Below are positions 63,994-64,000 of a stretch of DNA of 64,000 nt, in pieces; within the stretch, counting starts at the first letter, position 1, and each line of letters opens with the position of its first letter. The position numbers were made by a program, and so were the translations under genes. A model generated the notes under the pieces. It saw only the letters and a list, made by a program, of their open reading frames with translations, did no database searches and was not told where the DNA came from. The stretch spans positions 1,697,950-1,761,949 of the forward strand of contig NC_134026.1 in NCBI RefSeq assembly GCF_964204645.1, read 5' to 3'. This DNA is from Tubulanus polymorphus (taxonomy: Eukaryota; Animalia; Nemertea).

Positions 63994-64000
63994 GTACCGG

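Overview
This is eukaryotic, AT-rich, gene-dense DNA with mostly short (~60-150 nt) introns, from an invertebrate animal (a compact-genome marine bilaterian/lophotrochozoan is my inference). Hand-splicing supports about 15 protein-coding genes in this order: STK11/LKB1 (-, 3' end off-window), an orphan 2-exon signal-peptide protein (+), a PRD-class Q50 homeobox gene (CG11294/Drgx-like, +), a P2X receptor (+), an ankyrin-repeat/Pro-rich protein (-), PP1 catalytic subunit (+), HEATR1/UTP10 (+), a small tail-anchored orphan (-), an EF-hand/charged-helix protein ending in a dynein microtubule-binding-domain-like module (-), FAM91A1 (+), GET3/ASNA1 (-), R3HDM4 (-), TMEM68 (+), an XK-related scramblase (-) and the first coding exon of a probable mitochondrial threonine dehydrogenase (+). 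The window also holds several MITEs, L2/CR1 3' remnants and microsatellites. The most unusual item is the motor-less protein at 40480-44439, which joins EF-hand-like motifs and an E/R/K-rich helix to a dynein stalk-head (MTBD)-like domain. Other highlights are a U12 GT-AG intron in STK11, a TMEM68-XKR-TDH microsynteny, an N-terminal caspase-type DFVDG site in XKR, an operon-like R3HDM4-GET3 spacing and five head-to-head gene pairs. All calls come from reading the sequence; no searches were run.
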